From assembly GCA_964356225.1 (NCBI GenBank), contig CAYHGA010000003.1:266-64265 (forward strand): a stretch of DNA of 64,000 nt, written 5' to 3'. Positions 11,501 to 20,058 of this stretch are shown here, piece after piece. Position 1 is the first letter of the stretch, and each line of letters opens with the position of its first letter. Position numbers and translations under genes: made by a program. The notes under the pieces were generated by a model. That model did no database searches, was not told the origin of the DNA, and was given only the letters and a program-made list of their open reading frames with translations. The stretch comes from an uncultured Gammaproteobacteria bacterium. Lineage in GTDB: Bacteria; Patescibacteriota; Microgenomatia; CAZETR01; Amesbacteraceae.

Positions 11501-12047
11501 CGGCAATCTCTCAGGGCTTAGGGTCACTATCGGCGGCATTATTGAATCCTGCCGCAACGTCATCACTAAAAACGGTAACCAGCCCATGTGCTTCTGCAAA
11601 GTCTCGGACCTAGGCAAAAGCGTGGAAGCGGTAGTTTTCCCCAAAACCTATGCCGCCACCCCCGGCGTCTGGCAGCCGGACAATTTAGTTCTTCTTTCCG
11701 GCAAAGTAGAAATGCGCGACACATCTCCCGAAGAAGCCACCGCGGATTCGCCCGGGCCGGATATCACCATCATCGTGGACTCGGCCGCCATCTTTACCGG
11801 TTCCGACACCAAACTTACTATGAACCATGAACCAAAAACTAATAACTCTATTTCCATCGAGATTCCCAAAAATCTGCCTTCTTCCAAGCTGGTCGCTCTC
11901 AATTCTCTGCTTCAATCGCACCGCGGCCGCACCCCTGCCAGTCTGATATTTTACAAAGGCTCGTCCTCCCAGACTCTACCCCTGCCCTACGGCCTGGATT
12001 GGACACCAAAATTGGCCGACCAAATCAACGAGTTGTTAAAAAGCTGA
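8556..12047 (+). CDS. dnaE: DNA polymerase III alpha subunit
   Basis: FVHLHVHTEYSLLDG PHP start, RGSAAGS, PDIDLD, KFDILG, YGFNKAHA, OB fold. Confidence 0.98.
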   Translation: MSAKFVHLHVHTEYSLLDGLSKISRLVRRAKELEMPAVALTDHGVMYGAVEFYKECTKESVKPLIGMEAYVVNRNHTEKAGKGENNHLLLLAADHQGYQNLMRLSTISHLEGFYYRPRFDKETLVKYHQGLICTSACPKGEIAQLLNENSFALAAEAVTWYQHLFGDRYYLEIQRHQFEDYFDSVKNNSRLLDKLQNMAKTEKIWVDGVVKLSRDLGIRLVATNDAHYLQKTDAPAQDALVCISTGKNTSDIDRLRYIDTPTFHLRSPQEMESIFPDFPDALKNTLAVAEQCDVKIELGKWYFPNIDLPPGLTATQALQEMAHSKTDQLHAKRLEYELKVICSKGYAPYFLMMADLVNWCTDHGIITNTRGSAAGSLVSYVTGITTVDPILYDLPFERFLNPFRPSPPDIDLDVADDRREEVIAYITHKYGSEKVAQICTFGRMLARAAVRDVARVQGHPYAFGDRIAKVIPLGSQGFPMSIERALKESPELKTMYDSDPQVTETVDLARQIEGNARHVSVHAAGMVVSPEAMTNYTPLQLEPKGTKIITQYEFHACEEIGLVKFDILGIRNLSILGAARDLIESLHHITLDLKHLPANDKATFAMLTRGETMGVFQLGGSGMTKWLKELKPNRLEDIMVMIALFRPGPMANIPEYIARKNKKSPVTYMHPKMADYLEKSYGILVYQEDIMFTGLTLAGYTWETIDKLRKAIGKKLPKEMAQQHEVFVEGCIKTSGMSREEAEKIWELFVPFQGYGFNKAHAASYGIVAYQTAYLKAHYPVEYMTALLTAESGDTEKIVEAIDECRRIKIPVLPPDINRSNVGFAVDDKSIRFGLSAIKNVGATAISSILTARASNPFTSFTDFCLRVDSQKVNRKVLESLIKAGAMDQFGKRAALLAALDKIRELGTSISKLKSSGQTTFFVSSEQSDHSDRLPNIDEFEKSVMLNMEKELLGFYLTEHPHAEKLAQLGQLITHRISELPSGNLSGLRVTIGGIIESCRNVITKNGNQPMCFCKVSDLGKSVEAVVFPKTYAATPGVWQPDNLVLLSGKVEMRDTSPEEATADSPGPDITIIVDSAAIFTGSDTKLTMNHEPKTNNSISIEIPKNLPSSKLVALNSLLQSHRGRTPASLIFYKGSSSQTLPLPYGLDWTPKLADQINELLKS

Positions 12048-12068
12048 ATCTCAGGTAAAATTCACGGC

Positions 12069-12404
12069 ATGGCAATTAGTGCGACTATCAAAGGCACTCC
12101 AGTCCACGTCGGCGACATCGTCCAAGTGCATCTCAAAGTCGTGGAAGGTGAAAAAGAGCGCATCCAGATTTTTGAAGGCATGATTCTAGGTATTCGCGGC
12201 AGGGGAGACAACCACACTTTTACTGTCCGCAAGGTTTCTTCCGGCAATATCGGCGTCGAACGCATCTTTCCCCTTATTTCACCCTGGATTGTCAAAATTC
12301 AGGTAAAGAAACCGGGCAAAGTCCGCCGTGCTAAACTAAACTATGTCCGTGACCAGTCTTCCCGTCAAGTTAGCCGTATTACTGCTGTTAGCCAGTCTGC
12401 TTAG
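12069..12404 (+). CDS. rplS: 50S ribosomal protein L19
   Basis: '[23 protein letters not shown]', '[10 protein letters not shown]', 'VRRAKLNY.R'. Confidence 0.97.
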   Translation: MAISATIKGTPVHVGDIVQVHLKVVEGEKERIQIFEGMILGIRGRGDNHTFTVRKVSSGNIGVERIFPLISPWIVKIQVKKPGKVRRAKLNYVRDQSSRQVSRITAVSQSA

Positions 12405-13983
12405 GCTGTGGAATTTAGGAATTCTCCCTAACGGTCTGCATTGGGATGAAATGGATACCGGCTACCAGGCCTACTCCCTCTTAAAAACTGGCAAGGATTA
12501 TTTTGGCAACGTTCTCCCGTTTTTTCCCCATTCATTCGCCGACTACCGTACTCCCGTCTTTATCTACTCCGCTGTACCTTTTGTTGCCTCTTTAGGTTTA
12601 TCCGCCGTCTCCGTTCGCTTAGTCGCCGTCGTTTGGGGTTTACTAAGCATCGTTTTAATTTATCTTTTGGTCCGCGATTGGCTGGCCCCGGCCGTTATGA
12701 CTTTCTCGCAATGGCATCTGCAGTACTCTCGCAAATCTGTAGAAACCATGTCTCTGACTGCCACCTTTCTTCTGGGCTTGGTTTGTTTCCAGCGTGGTCT
12801 GCGCCAGCCCAAGTGGCTCATTTTTTCGAGCTTTGGTTTCGGCTTGGCCATGGCCGCCTATTCCCCCGGCAAACTCTTTGTGCCTTTATTTCTCGTCGTC
12901 CTGATCCTCATAAATCATAAATCATTATTTCTGATTCAGCGCAAATATTTACTGGCGTCAGCTTTGATTCTGGCTCTTTTTGGAGCGGCAATCTTTGGTG
13001 ACATTCTTTTTGGCAAATCCGGCACCCGTTTCCACGATGTAGCCATCTTTACCGACCCCACAATTTCTACAGAAATTAATTACCAGCGCCAGCTCTCCGC
13101 CGAGTCGTCCGGACGGCCCCGGACGGTGGGCATGAGTCCCAGTCTTTTTGATAAATTACTGCACAACAAGCCTCAAGTCTGGATTAACGCTTTTCTTACT
13201 AATTACCTGCGCACCTGGGGAACTGATTTTCTCTTTGTCAAAGGCGATCCCGAGCTTCGCCACTCGCCCTCCCGAGATTCCATCGGCATGCTGCACATGG
13301 TGGAAATCATTCCCCTTCTGGTTGGTCTTTTCGTCTTACTAAAAACTAATAACCAACTAACCAAACTTCTAGGTGCCTGGTTGTTGCTGGCTCCAATTCC
13401 GTCAGCTTTAACCCGTGACGGAGGAGTTCATGCCGCCCGCCTGCTTATTCTCTTTCCCGCTCTGGCCTGGACCATCACTCTAGGCATTCGCCGCCTGCCT
13501 CTCAAACTCTATCTCCTCTTATTCTCAATTTCTAGTTTCTATATTTTCGGTTATTACTTCACTCATTACCGCTTCGAAAGCGCCAAACCCTATCAATGGG
13601 GTTATTCCGACCTGATCAGGACCGCCCTGGCCAGGCAAGACCAATACGACCGGGTGATTATTGACGTGGCCCACGATTCACCGCTCATGGCCTATTTATT
13701 CGTAACCAAATTTTCTCCCCAACACCTTCAAGCTTTCTACCCGCTCCAGGAACAAATTTTGACAGGGGACAGCCGGGCCTTAGTCTTTGGCAAAATATGG
13801 CTTCTACAACCCGGTGGCCGCAACTGGACTGATATCACTCTTCCCGGCCGCAATCTAATCCTAGCCTCCGCCGACCAATCCCTGCTTGAACGCATTCCCG
13901 GCGCTACTCGCATCAACTACCCCGACTCTCTCGCCGCTTTCTACGTCTTCGAAAAATCCTCACCACTTGCAATTAGTAAGTGA
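12343..13983 (+). CDS. ArnT/PMT-like (GT-C) membrane glycosyltransferase
   Basis: 'LRLWNL...P.GLHWDE...[14 protein letters not shown]' and multiple TMs. Confidence 0.82.
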   Translation: MSVTSLPVKLAVLLLLASLLRLWNLGILPNGLHWDEMDTGYQAYSLLKTGKDYFGNVLPFFPHSFADYRTPVFIYSAVPFVASLGLSAVSVRLVAVVWGLLSIVLIYLLVRDWLAPAVMTFSQWHLQYSRKSVETMSLTATFLLGLVCFQRGLRQPKWLIFSSFGFGLAMAAYSPGKLFVPLFLVVLILINHKSLFLIQRKYLLASALILALFGAAIFGDILFGKSGTRFHDVAIFTDPTISTEINYQRQLSAESSGRPRTVGMSPSLFDKLLHNKPQVWINAFLTNYLRTWGTDFLFVKGDPELRHSPSRDSIGMLHMVEIIPLLVGLFVLLKTNNQLTKLLGAWLLLAPIPSALTRDGGVHAARLLILFPALAWTITLGIRRLPLKLYLLLFSISSFYIFGYYFTHYRFESAKPYQWGYSDLIRTALARQDQYDRVIIDVAHDSPLMAYLFVTKFSPQHLQAFYPLQEQILTGDSRALVFGKIWLLQPGGRNWTDITLPGRNLILASADQSLLERIPGATRINYPDSLAAFYVFEKSSPLAISK

Positions 13984-14003
13984 AACTACTATAACCAAAT
14001 AAA

Positions 14004-15092
14004 GTGATCAAAGCGCTGGCAGTATTAATCATCTTGATTCTCTCCCTTCTAATTATACGTCGAGTAGTCCTCCGTCGGGAAGCAACCAGCCAAGTAACTC
14101 CTACTCCTCAAACCTCCCAGCCATCTAAATTTACCTTTAAGAACGCAAAGCCTTCTCCTGCTCCCCAAACCAAATTTACCGCTGCCAATCCCTTCGGCGT
14201 CATGATTTCGGGAGACTCTTCGCAAATCAAAGCCCAGACGGCCAAAAAATTGGGAGCAGTGTATTACCGGCCCATTTCAGTTTTCTTGGATAAATGGTCT
14301 GGAACATGTGCAGAATGTGATGCGGCAGTCAGCGGGGGGTTAAAACTTGTTTTGACGGTTAGAAATAACAACGGAGGTCCACAAAATCCTACAACCCCGC
14401 CTACAGATTTGAATACCTATAAAACCAAGTTATCTCAAGTCGTGGACAAATACAAACCTGAAGTATTGATTATCGAAAACGAGGAGAATTCCGCCGCTCT
14501 TTTTTATAACGGAACGGTTCAACAGTATTTACAAGAACTAAAAGCCGGTTGTGAAGTCGCTCACCAAAAAGGTATTAAATGTGCCAACGGCGGTTTAGTA
14601 AGTTCTTTAGTTGTGTTTCTGGTATCAGAAAACTATAAGGCCAACGGAGATACAAATAAGGCAGATGAGTATTTGGATCGCGCTCTGATCGGCGCAAAAC
14701 AACAGTTAATTTCGCAGGTTAATTCAAAAAAAGGCCAAGAACAGATTACCAAAGGCAAAGAACTCTTGGCTGGCTACAAAACCGCAGGGGCAGATTTTAT
14801 GAACTTTCACTGGTATACAGCTGACATCGAAGCTTTAGGTGAGGCAGTAGGTTATTTACGAGCCGCTTCAGGATTGCCGATCATGACTAATGAAGTTGGC
14901 CAACAAGCCAACACCGACCCAAACCAAGTATCAAACGTTATGCAAAAGATAGTTAATTTAGGTCTACCGTACGCATTATGGTTTAGTATGGATACTAATC
15001 CTCCAAATGGAGCCAGAGCGCTAAACGAAACCAACGGCACTCTTCGTCCCAATGGCGAAGCTTACGCCGAATTTATCCACTCCAACTATTAA
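14004..15092 (+). CDS. membrane-anchored putative glycoside hydrolase (clan GH-A-like TIM barrel)
   Basis: Signal anchor plus P/T-rich linker; 'IENEE' acid/base, 'NFHWY', 'MTNEVG' nucleophile-like motifs. Confidence 0.6.
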   Translation: MIKALAVLIILILSLLIIRRVVLRREATSQVTPTPQTSQPSKFTFKNAKPSPAPQTKFTAANPFGVMISGDSSQIKAQTAKKLGAVYYRPISVFLDKWSGTCAECDAAVSGGLKLVLTVRNNNGGPQNPTTPPTDLNTYKTKLSQVVDKYKPEVLIIENEENSAALFYNGTVQQYLQELKAGCEVAHQKGIKCANGGLVSSLVVFLVSENYKANGDTNKADEYLDRALIGAKQQLISQVNSKKGQEQITKGKELLAGYKTAGADFMNFHWYTADIEALGEAVGYLRAASGLPIMTNEVGQQANTDPNQVSNVMQKIVNLGLPYALWFSMDTNPPNGARALNETNGTLRPNGEAYAEFIHSNY

Positions 15093-15096
15093 ATCC

Positions 15097-15269
15097 TTGT
15101 GAACGTTTTTAATAAAATTCGAACTCATTTTAAACAAAAGTTGGCTCGAACTTCTTTTTAATGAATCGGCGGCTCTCGGCGAATTTGAATTTGGTCTTTA
15201 GGGCGCTCGCAACGGGCGGGGGCGTTGCGAGCGCCCCACCTTGCGAATCTTCGATTTCTTTTTTGGTGA
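15097..15269 (+). repeat. att-only mini-element: P'-like arm plus diverged copy of the LSR 3' end with 14-bp hairpin
   Basis: 15136-15199 matches 19827-19890 at 61/64 nt; hairpin 15201-15236; ends in TGGTGA core-like site 15264-15269. Confidence 0.8.
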
Positions 15270-15344
15270 TCCCGCTAGTACCTTAAACAGACTTGGAATA
15301 TGCTTATTTGTTTGGGCTAAAAAATGCATAATAAAGTACATCAA

Positions 15345-16379
15345 CTATTTTTCTTTTAATACGTAATAACTTGCTTTGCCTTTGCCTTTTCTGCTGATTA
15401 AACCCAGCTCTATTAATTTCTTAATATCCAGTGCTCTAGTCGCCTTTGCCCGATCAACTAATTTAGCATAATCACGGTGAGCGATAAATCCTTTCTCTCT
15501 TATAAATTCAAGGATTTTTAAATGATAGGGTTGCAGCTGAGTTTCTGGATTTATTCCAACCTCTGGAAGCATTTTTTGAACTCTTAAAAGTTCGTCAATA
15601 ATTCCTTCCGTAAAATATTCCATCCAATCTGTAAAATCAATTTTATCTGCCAATTCATAATAATTGCCAAATTCTCCAATAGTTTGAAAATATTTACTAA
15701 CATTTTTGTTATAGTAATTCTCAAAACTAAACAGGTTAAATGTATTGAGTCCCATTTCAGCCAGTAATACCTTTGTGGCAAGACGAGTTGCCCTGCCATT
15801 TCCATCCATAAAAGGATGGATTATTACCATTTGCTTGTGAAAAATCCCAGCTAAAATAAGCGGATCAATTTTATCTTTATTGCTATTTATAAATTTAATT
15901 AGATCTTCTAAAAGTTTTCTTACATCTTTCGTATCAGGAGGCAAATAAATAACCTTTCTGGTCCTAGGATCATTTACAACTACTGGTTTGTCTCTTAATT
16001 TTCCAGATTCAAATTTAGGTAGTAATTCCTTTGTAATCTGTTCATGGATTTTTAGAATAAGAGCAAGAGTTAATCTTATTTGCTCTTTTTCAAGCTTTTC
16101 ATTTAAGTCTTGAAGTGCATGGTTGTAGTTTAAAACTTCTTTCTCACTATCCCTAATATGTTCAGGTTTTAATTTAAGAATTTTTTTTACTTCAGTTAAA
16201 GGTAGAGGGTTACCTTCGATACTGGTTGAGGCATAAGTTGAAACCGCTCTTGCAACTTTTTCGAATTCTAATAAGACAACATGAGGAAATCTTTTATCGT
16301 TTAATTCGTTCACTAGAGTATTAATTCTCTTAATATTAGATAGGAGACGATCCGTAATGGTGTATTTTGGCTGAAACAT
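15345..16379 (-). CDS. Fic family protein with C-terminal winged HTH
   Basis: Fic motif HPFMDGNGRATR, 'STSIEGN', C-terminal 'DIKKLIELGLI.RKGKGKA.YY'. Confidence 0.93.
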   Translation of the reverse strand: MFQPKYTITDRLLSNIKRINTLVNELNDKRFPHVVLLEFEKVARAVSTYASTSIEGNPLPLTEVKKILKLKPEHIRDSEKEVLNYNHALQDLNEKLEKEQIRLTLALILKIHEQITKELLPKFESGKLRDKPVVVNDPRTRKVIYLPPDTKDVRKLLEDLIKFINSNKDKIDPLILAGIFHKQMVIIHPFMDGNGRATRLATKVLLAEMGLNTFNLFSFENYYNKNVSKYFQTIGEFGNYYELADKIDFTDWMEYFTEGIIDELLRVQKMLPEVGINPETQLQPYHLKILEFIREKGFIAHRDYAKLVDRAKATRALDIKKLIELGLISRKGKGKASYYVLKEK

Positions 16380-16388
16380 ATACTCTAA

Positions 16389-16559
16389 TTATAGACGAAT
16401 ATTAGACGATTTACAAGGAGTAAAATTTCGATCCTCGTGACCAAGATGGATCAGAAATCCGTCCTCAATATTCCCCTCAAGCATTTCAAATTCATACCTT
16501 TTATCTTCCTCCTCATAAAGTTCCGGTCCCCTCAAAGGAAGCTCGGAAGGAACTCTCAT
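16389..16559 (-). pseudogene. gene remnant resembling the C-terminal part of DUF5680-like proteins
   Basis: Manual translation 'MRVPSELPLRGPELYEEEDKRYEFEMLEGNIEDG'; no N-terminal part; family similarity recalled from memory. Confidence 0.4.
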
Positions 16560-16594
16560 TTAACTTCTTTTATCTATTTTTAACAATTGTTAAC

Positions 16595-16706
16595 TTGTGA
16601 ACGTTTTTGAACAAATTCGAACGTATTTCAAGTCAAACTGTTAGCTCGCCCCGCCTTGGCGAGGCTCGCAATGTGAGCGCGGCGCCCCCCACCCGCCGCG
16701 CTTCCG
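16595..16706 (+). repeat. P' arm (attL-like), inverted repeat A, left copy
   Basis: 112 bp, exact reverse complement of 18199-18310. Confidence 0.95.
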
Positions 16707-16772
16707 TTATTTTTTGCGCGCTCGATTCTTCTCTCACTTCGTTCGAGATATGATTTTTGATATAGTGATTGT

Positions 16773-17972
16773 ATGCTAAACAACTTTAAGGGCATTACTT
16801 GGCGTTATTACGTTTTTTCTTTTCTTGCGGGATTATCTTTTTATACCGCCGCCTTAATCCCATTTTATACTAATTGGGGACACATTTCACTAACTCAAGT
16901 CCAATTCCTACAAGCATGGTTAATGTTTTGGGCTTTTGTTTTGGAAGTACCAACTGGGGTTATTGCAGATAAGTTCGGAAGAAAATATTCAGTTGCTTTA
17001 GGTTGTCTACTAACTTTCTTCTCGTTTTTGATATATGGCTCGTTTCCTAATTTTTCAGCTTTTCTCGTTGCAGAATTTTTGGCAGCTGCTGGTATGGCTC
17101 TAATGTCTGGAGCAAGTGAAGCTCTGCTATACGATTCTTTAAAAGATGAAAATAACGAAAGCAAATTTAAAAATATTTTTGGTCGGTCATTCTCTATTGG
17201 TCAAATAGCGGCAATTATTTCTGCGCCTGTTGGTGGTTTTATCGCATCTAAGTACGGTTTAAATGCTCCGATGTTGTTTACAGCGTTTCCAGTTTTAATT
17301 GCTTCCATAATTTTAGTAACTGCAAAAGAGCCATCACAAAAATATTCAAAATCAGAAAAGAAAAATTATTTAGATATTGCGAGAAACGGCGTATCTTCTT
17401 TTATTCATCATAAAGTACTAAGGTCATTGGCTTTCAACGGAATTTTGGTTTATACAGGGGTTTACTTTTTAGTATGGCTCTATCAACCCATACTACAAAA
17501 TTTGGGTGTTGCAATAATATTTTTCGGATTTATCAGAGCGTTATTCTCTTTGTCAGGAATGGTTTTTAACCATGACTTACAGCTTATTGAAAAACTATTT
17601 GGATCAAATAAACAATTTTTTAATATAACCGCAGTTTTAACTACGATATCCTTATTATTAGTTGCCGTATTCCCAAATATTATTACAGTTTTAATGGCGA
17701 TTGTTTTATTGGGTGGATTAGGTCAGGCAAGATTTACTGCATTGAATTCGTATATGAACCACCACATAGTCTCAGAACAACGCGCGACAACGTTATCAAC
17801 TATTTCAATGTTAAATAGAATTGTTCTAATTGCATTAAATCCTCTGATTGGATTCATGGCAGATCAATCAATAAGAGGAGCATTTCTATTTCTAGCATTT
17901 TTACCATTATTGGCCATTATCTTTGTTCCTATAGATTTGTATAAAAACACTACAGAGACGGTAACTTCATAA
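16773..17972 (+). CDS. MFS transporter (island cargo)
   Basis: 'LEVPTGVIADKFGRKYS', 'SGASEALLYDSL', 12 TMs; AT-rich. Confidence 0.9.
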   Translation: MLNNFKGITWRYYVFSFLAGLSFYTAALIPFYTNWGHISLTQVQFLQAWLMFWAFVLEVPTGVIADKFGRKYSVALGCLLTFFSFLIYGSFPNFSAFLVAEFLAAAGMALMSGASEALLYDSLKDENNESKFKNIFGRSFSIGQIAAIISAPVGGFIASKYGLNAPMLFTAFPVLIASIILVTAKEPSQKYSKSEKKNYLDIARNGVSSFIHHKVLRSLAFNGILVYTGVYFLVWLYQPILQNLGVAIIFFGFIRALFSLSGMVFNHDLQLIEKLFGSNKQFFNITAVLTTISLLLVAVFPNIITVLMAIVLLGGLGQARFTALNSYMNHHIVSEQRATTLSTISMLNRIVLIALNPLIGFMADQSIRGAFLFLAFLPLLAIIFVPIDLYKNTTETVTS

Positions 17973-18198
17973 GTTTGACGTAAGAAAAATTATTTCTATT
18001 GTTTTTGTAAAATTATTTTTGTATATTGTAAGTGTACTCAACTTTTTCAGGTCGTCTTTTTTAATGGCCGTTCTGGACAATTTAAGGCGACTTAAGTTGA
18101 GTACAACCAGAGCGGCCATTTGAGTTTAGTAATAAGTACTTTAAAATTTTTGCGTTTTTCTTTTTCTGCTTTCAGCGGAATGTTCGAGCCGACTTTTT

Positions 18199-18407
18199 CG
18201 GAAGCGCGGCGGGTGGGGGGCGCCGCGCTCACATTGCGAGCCTCGCCAAGGCGGGGCGAGCTAACAGTTTGACTTGAAATACGTTCGAATTTGTTCAAAA
18301 ACGTTCACAATTTTGGAAATGGAAGCAGAAGTGGGGGCAGCGCTGGCTGCGCCCCCCTCCGCAGACAGCGCTGCAAAGGCCAAATCCAAATTCGCCGAGA
18401 GCCGCCG
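18199..18407 (-). repeat. inverted, rejoined attP-like site (P arm 18305-18407 plus P' arm 18199-18310 sharing core TCACAA)
   Basis: 18305-18407 is the exact reverse complement of 19858-19960; 18199-18310 is the exact reverse complement of 16595-16706. Confidence 0.93.
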
Positions 18408-18462
18408 TAAAAAAAGCATGAAGAAAAACGCAAAAATTAAAGAACTTTAAGGAATATAAAAA

Positions 18463-20004
18463 ATGATTAAATATATTGCTTACTGCCGAAAATCCACAGA
18501 TGAAAAAGATAAACAGGTTTTATCTATTGAAGCGCAAATTGCCGAACTCAAGGAGTTTGCCAAAAGAGAGGGCTTAACGGTCTCTGAATTCATTACAGAA
18601 GCCAAGACTGCTAAGATTCCGGGGAGAGTACAATTTGCTGAAATCTTAAAAAGAATAGAGAAAGGACAAGCCAACGGAATATTATCGTGGCACCCCGACC
18701 GTCTCGCTAGAAATTCGATAGATGGCGGGAAAATAATTTATCTTTTGGATACTGGCAAACTCCTTGATTTAAAATTCCCCTCGTTTTGGTTTGAGTCCAC
18801 ACCACAAGGCAAATTCATGCTCTCAATCGCCTTTGGCCAATCAAAATATTATGTCGATAATCTGTCCGAAAATGTAAAGCGAGGAAACAGACAAAAACTT
18901 CGTAATGGTGTCTGGCCCAGTAAAGCACCGTATGGCTATATCAATAACCCCAAAACGAGGGGAATAGATATTGATGAAGAAAAATCAAAAATTGTTAAAA
19001 AATCATTTCAGCTTTTTGCTGATGGAAGTATTTCTTTTACGGCTATTTCTCAATTTATGTTTAAGTTTGGGATTAAGCGAGAAGGAGAAAAACCTGTAAA
19101 AGTTGGTCAAGTTAAAAATATGCTTGCCAATAAATTTTATCTGGGAATTCTCAAATACGCCGGAGAATATTATCAAGGTTCACACAAAACCTTTATCAGC
19201 AAAAAGCTGTTTGACGAAGTTCAAAAACAAGTTGAGAAAATCGAGCGACCAAGACAAAAAGGCCACAATTTCGCTTTTGCAGGTCTGGCGACCTGCGGCG
19301 AATGCGGCGCCGCAATCACGGCGGAACAACATATAAAGAAATACAAAAACGGCACCGGCCAAACTTTTATCTATTACCGCTGTACTAAAAAGTTGAAAGC
19401 CTGTACGCAAAAATATATTTCCGAATCAGATACAGAGGAGCAGTTAAGAAAAATTGTTCGTGATTGCGGCTTGCATGAAGGCTGGGAACCGTATTTTGAA
19501 AAATGGATCACCGAAGCCGAAGAAAAAGACAAACTGACCGCCGAAACGGAAAGTAAAAAACTCGATACCCAAACCCAAGAAACAGAAATCAAATTAAACC
19601 GATTGCTTGACGGCTACCTCGACCAAGTTATTGAGCCGGATATTTACAAACAAAAGAAAAATGAATTATTTGACGAAAAACTGAAGTTAGAGGAGAATAA
19701 ATCACAAATTGAGAAAAATGGAAGTTGTTGGCTCGAACCTATGAGGGAATTCGTAAATTGCGCCTTGCAGGCGCAAAAAATCGCGCGCGCAAAAAATAAT
19801 TGCCATGATTTATCAATCATGGCAAAAAAAGTCGGCTCGAACTTCTTTTTAATGAATCGGCGGCTCTCGGCGAATTTGGATTTGGCCTTTGCAGCGCTGT
19901 CTGCGGAGGGGGGCGCAGCCAGCGCTGCCCCCACTTCTGCTTCCATTTCCAAAATTGTGAGGCGGGTGGGACTCGAACCCACGACCCTTAGCTTAAAAGG
20001 CTAG
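18463..20004 (+). CDS. large serine recombinase (resolvase, recombinase, Zn-ribbon and coiled-coil domains); 3' end runs into tRNA-Lys
   Basis: Y.RKS(T) catalytic Ser, DRLARN, CGECG and YYRC..C zinc ligands. Confidence 0.95.
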   Translation: MIKYIAYCRKSTDEKDKQVLSIEAQIAELKEFAKREGLTVSEFITEAKTAKIPGRVQFAEILKRIEKGQANGILSWHPDRLARNSIDGGKIIYLLDTGKLLDLKFPSFWFESTPQGKFMLSIAFGQSKYYVDNLSENVKRGNRQKLRNGVWPSKAPYGYINNPKTRGIDIDEEKSKIVKKSFQLFADGSISFTAISQFMFKFGIKREGEKPVKVGQVKNMLANKFYLGILKYAGEYYQGSHKTFISKKLFDEVQKQVEKIERPRQKGHNFAFAGLATCGECGAAITAEQHIKKYKNGTGQTFIYYRCTKKLKACTQKYISESDTEEQLRKIVRDCGLHEGWEPYFEKWITEAEEKDKLTAETESKKLDTQTQETEIKLNRLLDGYLDQVIEPDIYKQKKNELFDEKLKLEENKSQIEKNGSCWLEPMREFVNCALQAQKIARAKNNCHDLSIMAKKVGSNFFLMNRRLSANLDLAFAALSAEGGAASAAPTSASISKIVRRVGLEPTTLSLKG

Positions 20005-20030
20005 TGCTCTACCAACTGAGCTACCGCCCC
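19958..20030 (-). tRNA. trnK: tRNA-Lys (TTT)
   Basis: GGGGCGG/CCGCCTC acceptor, TAGCTCAGTTGGTAGAGC D arm, loop CTTTTAA, GGTTCGAGTCC T arm; CCA not encoded. Confidence 0.96.
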
Positions 20031-20058
20031 TCACTGAACTTATCAAGAGCATTTTATA

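Larger units (their letters stand above)
15097..19960. mobile_element. integrative island at tRNA-Lys(TTT) 3' end (LSR, MFS, Fic, att-derived repeats)
   Basis: TTGTGA core at 15097, 16595 and 19955 (tRNA 3' end), inverted at 18305; AT-rich cargo; LSR abuts the tRNA. Confidence 0.8.

Noticed and set aside
18092-18298. 68-aa minus-strand ORF
   Set aside because: It is read through the inverted att arm and GC hairpins; the informative frame is the one continuing the LSR tail
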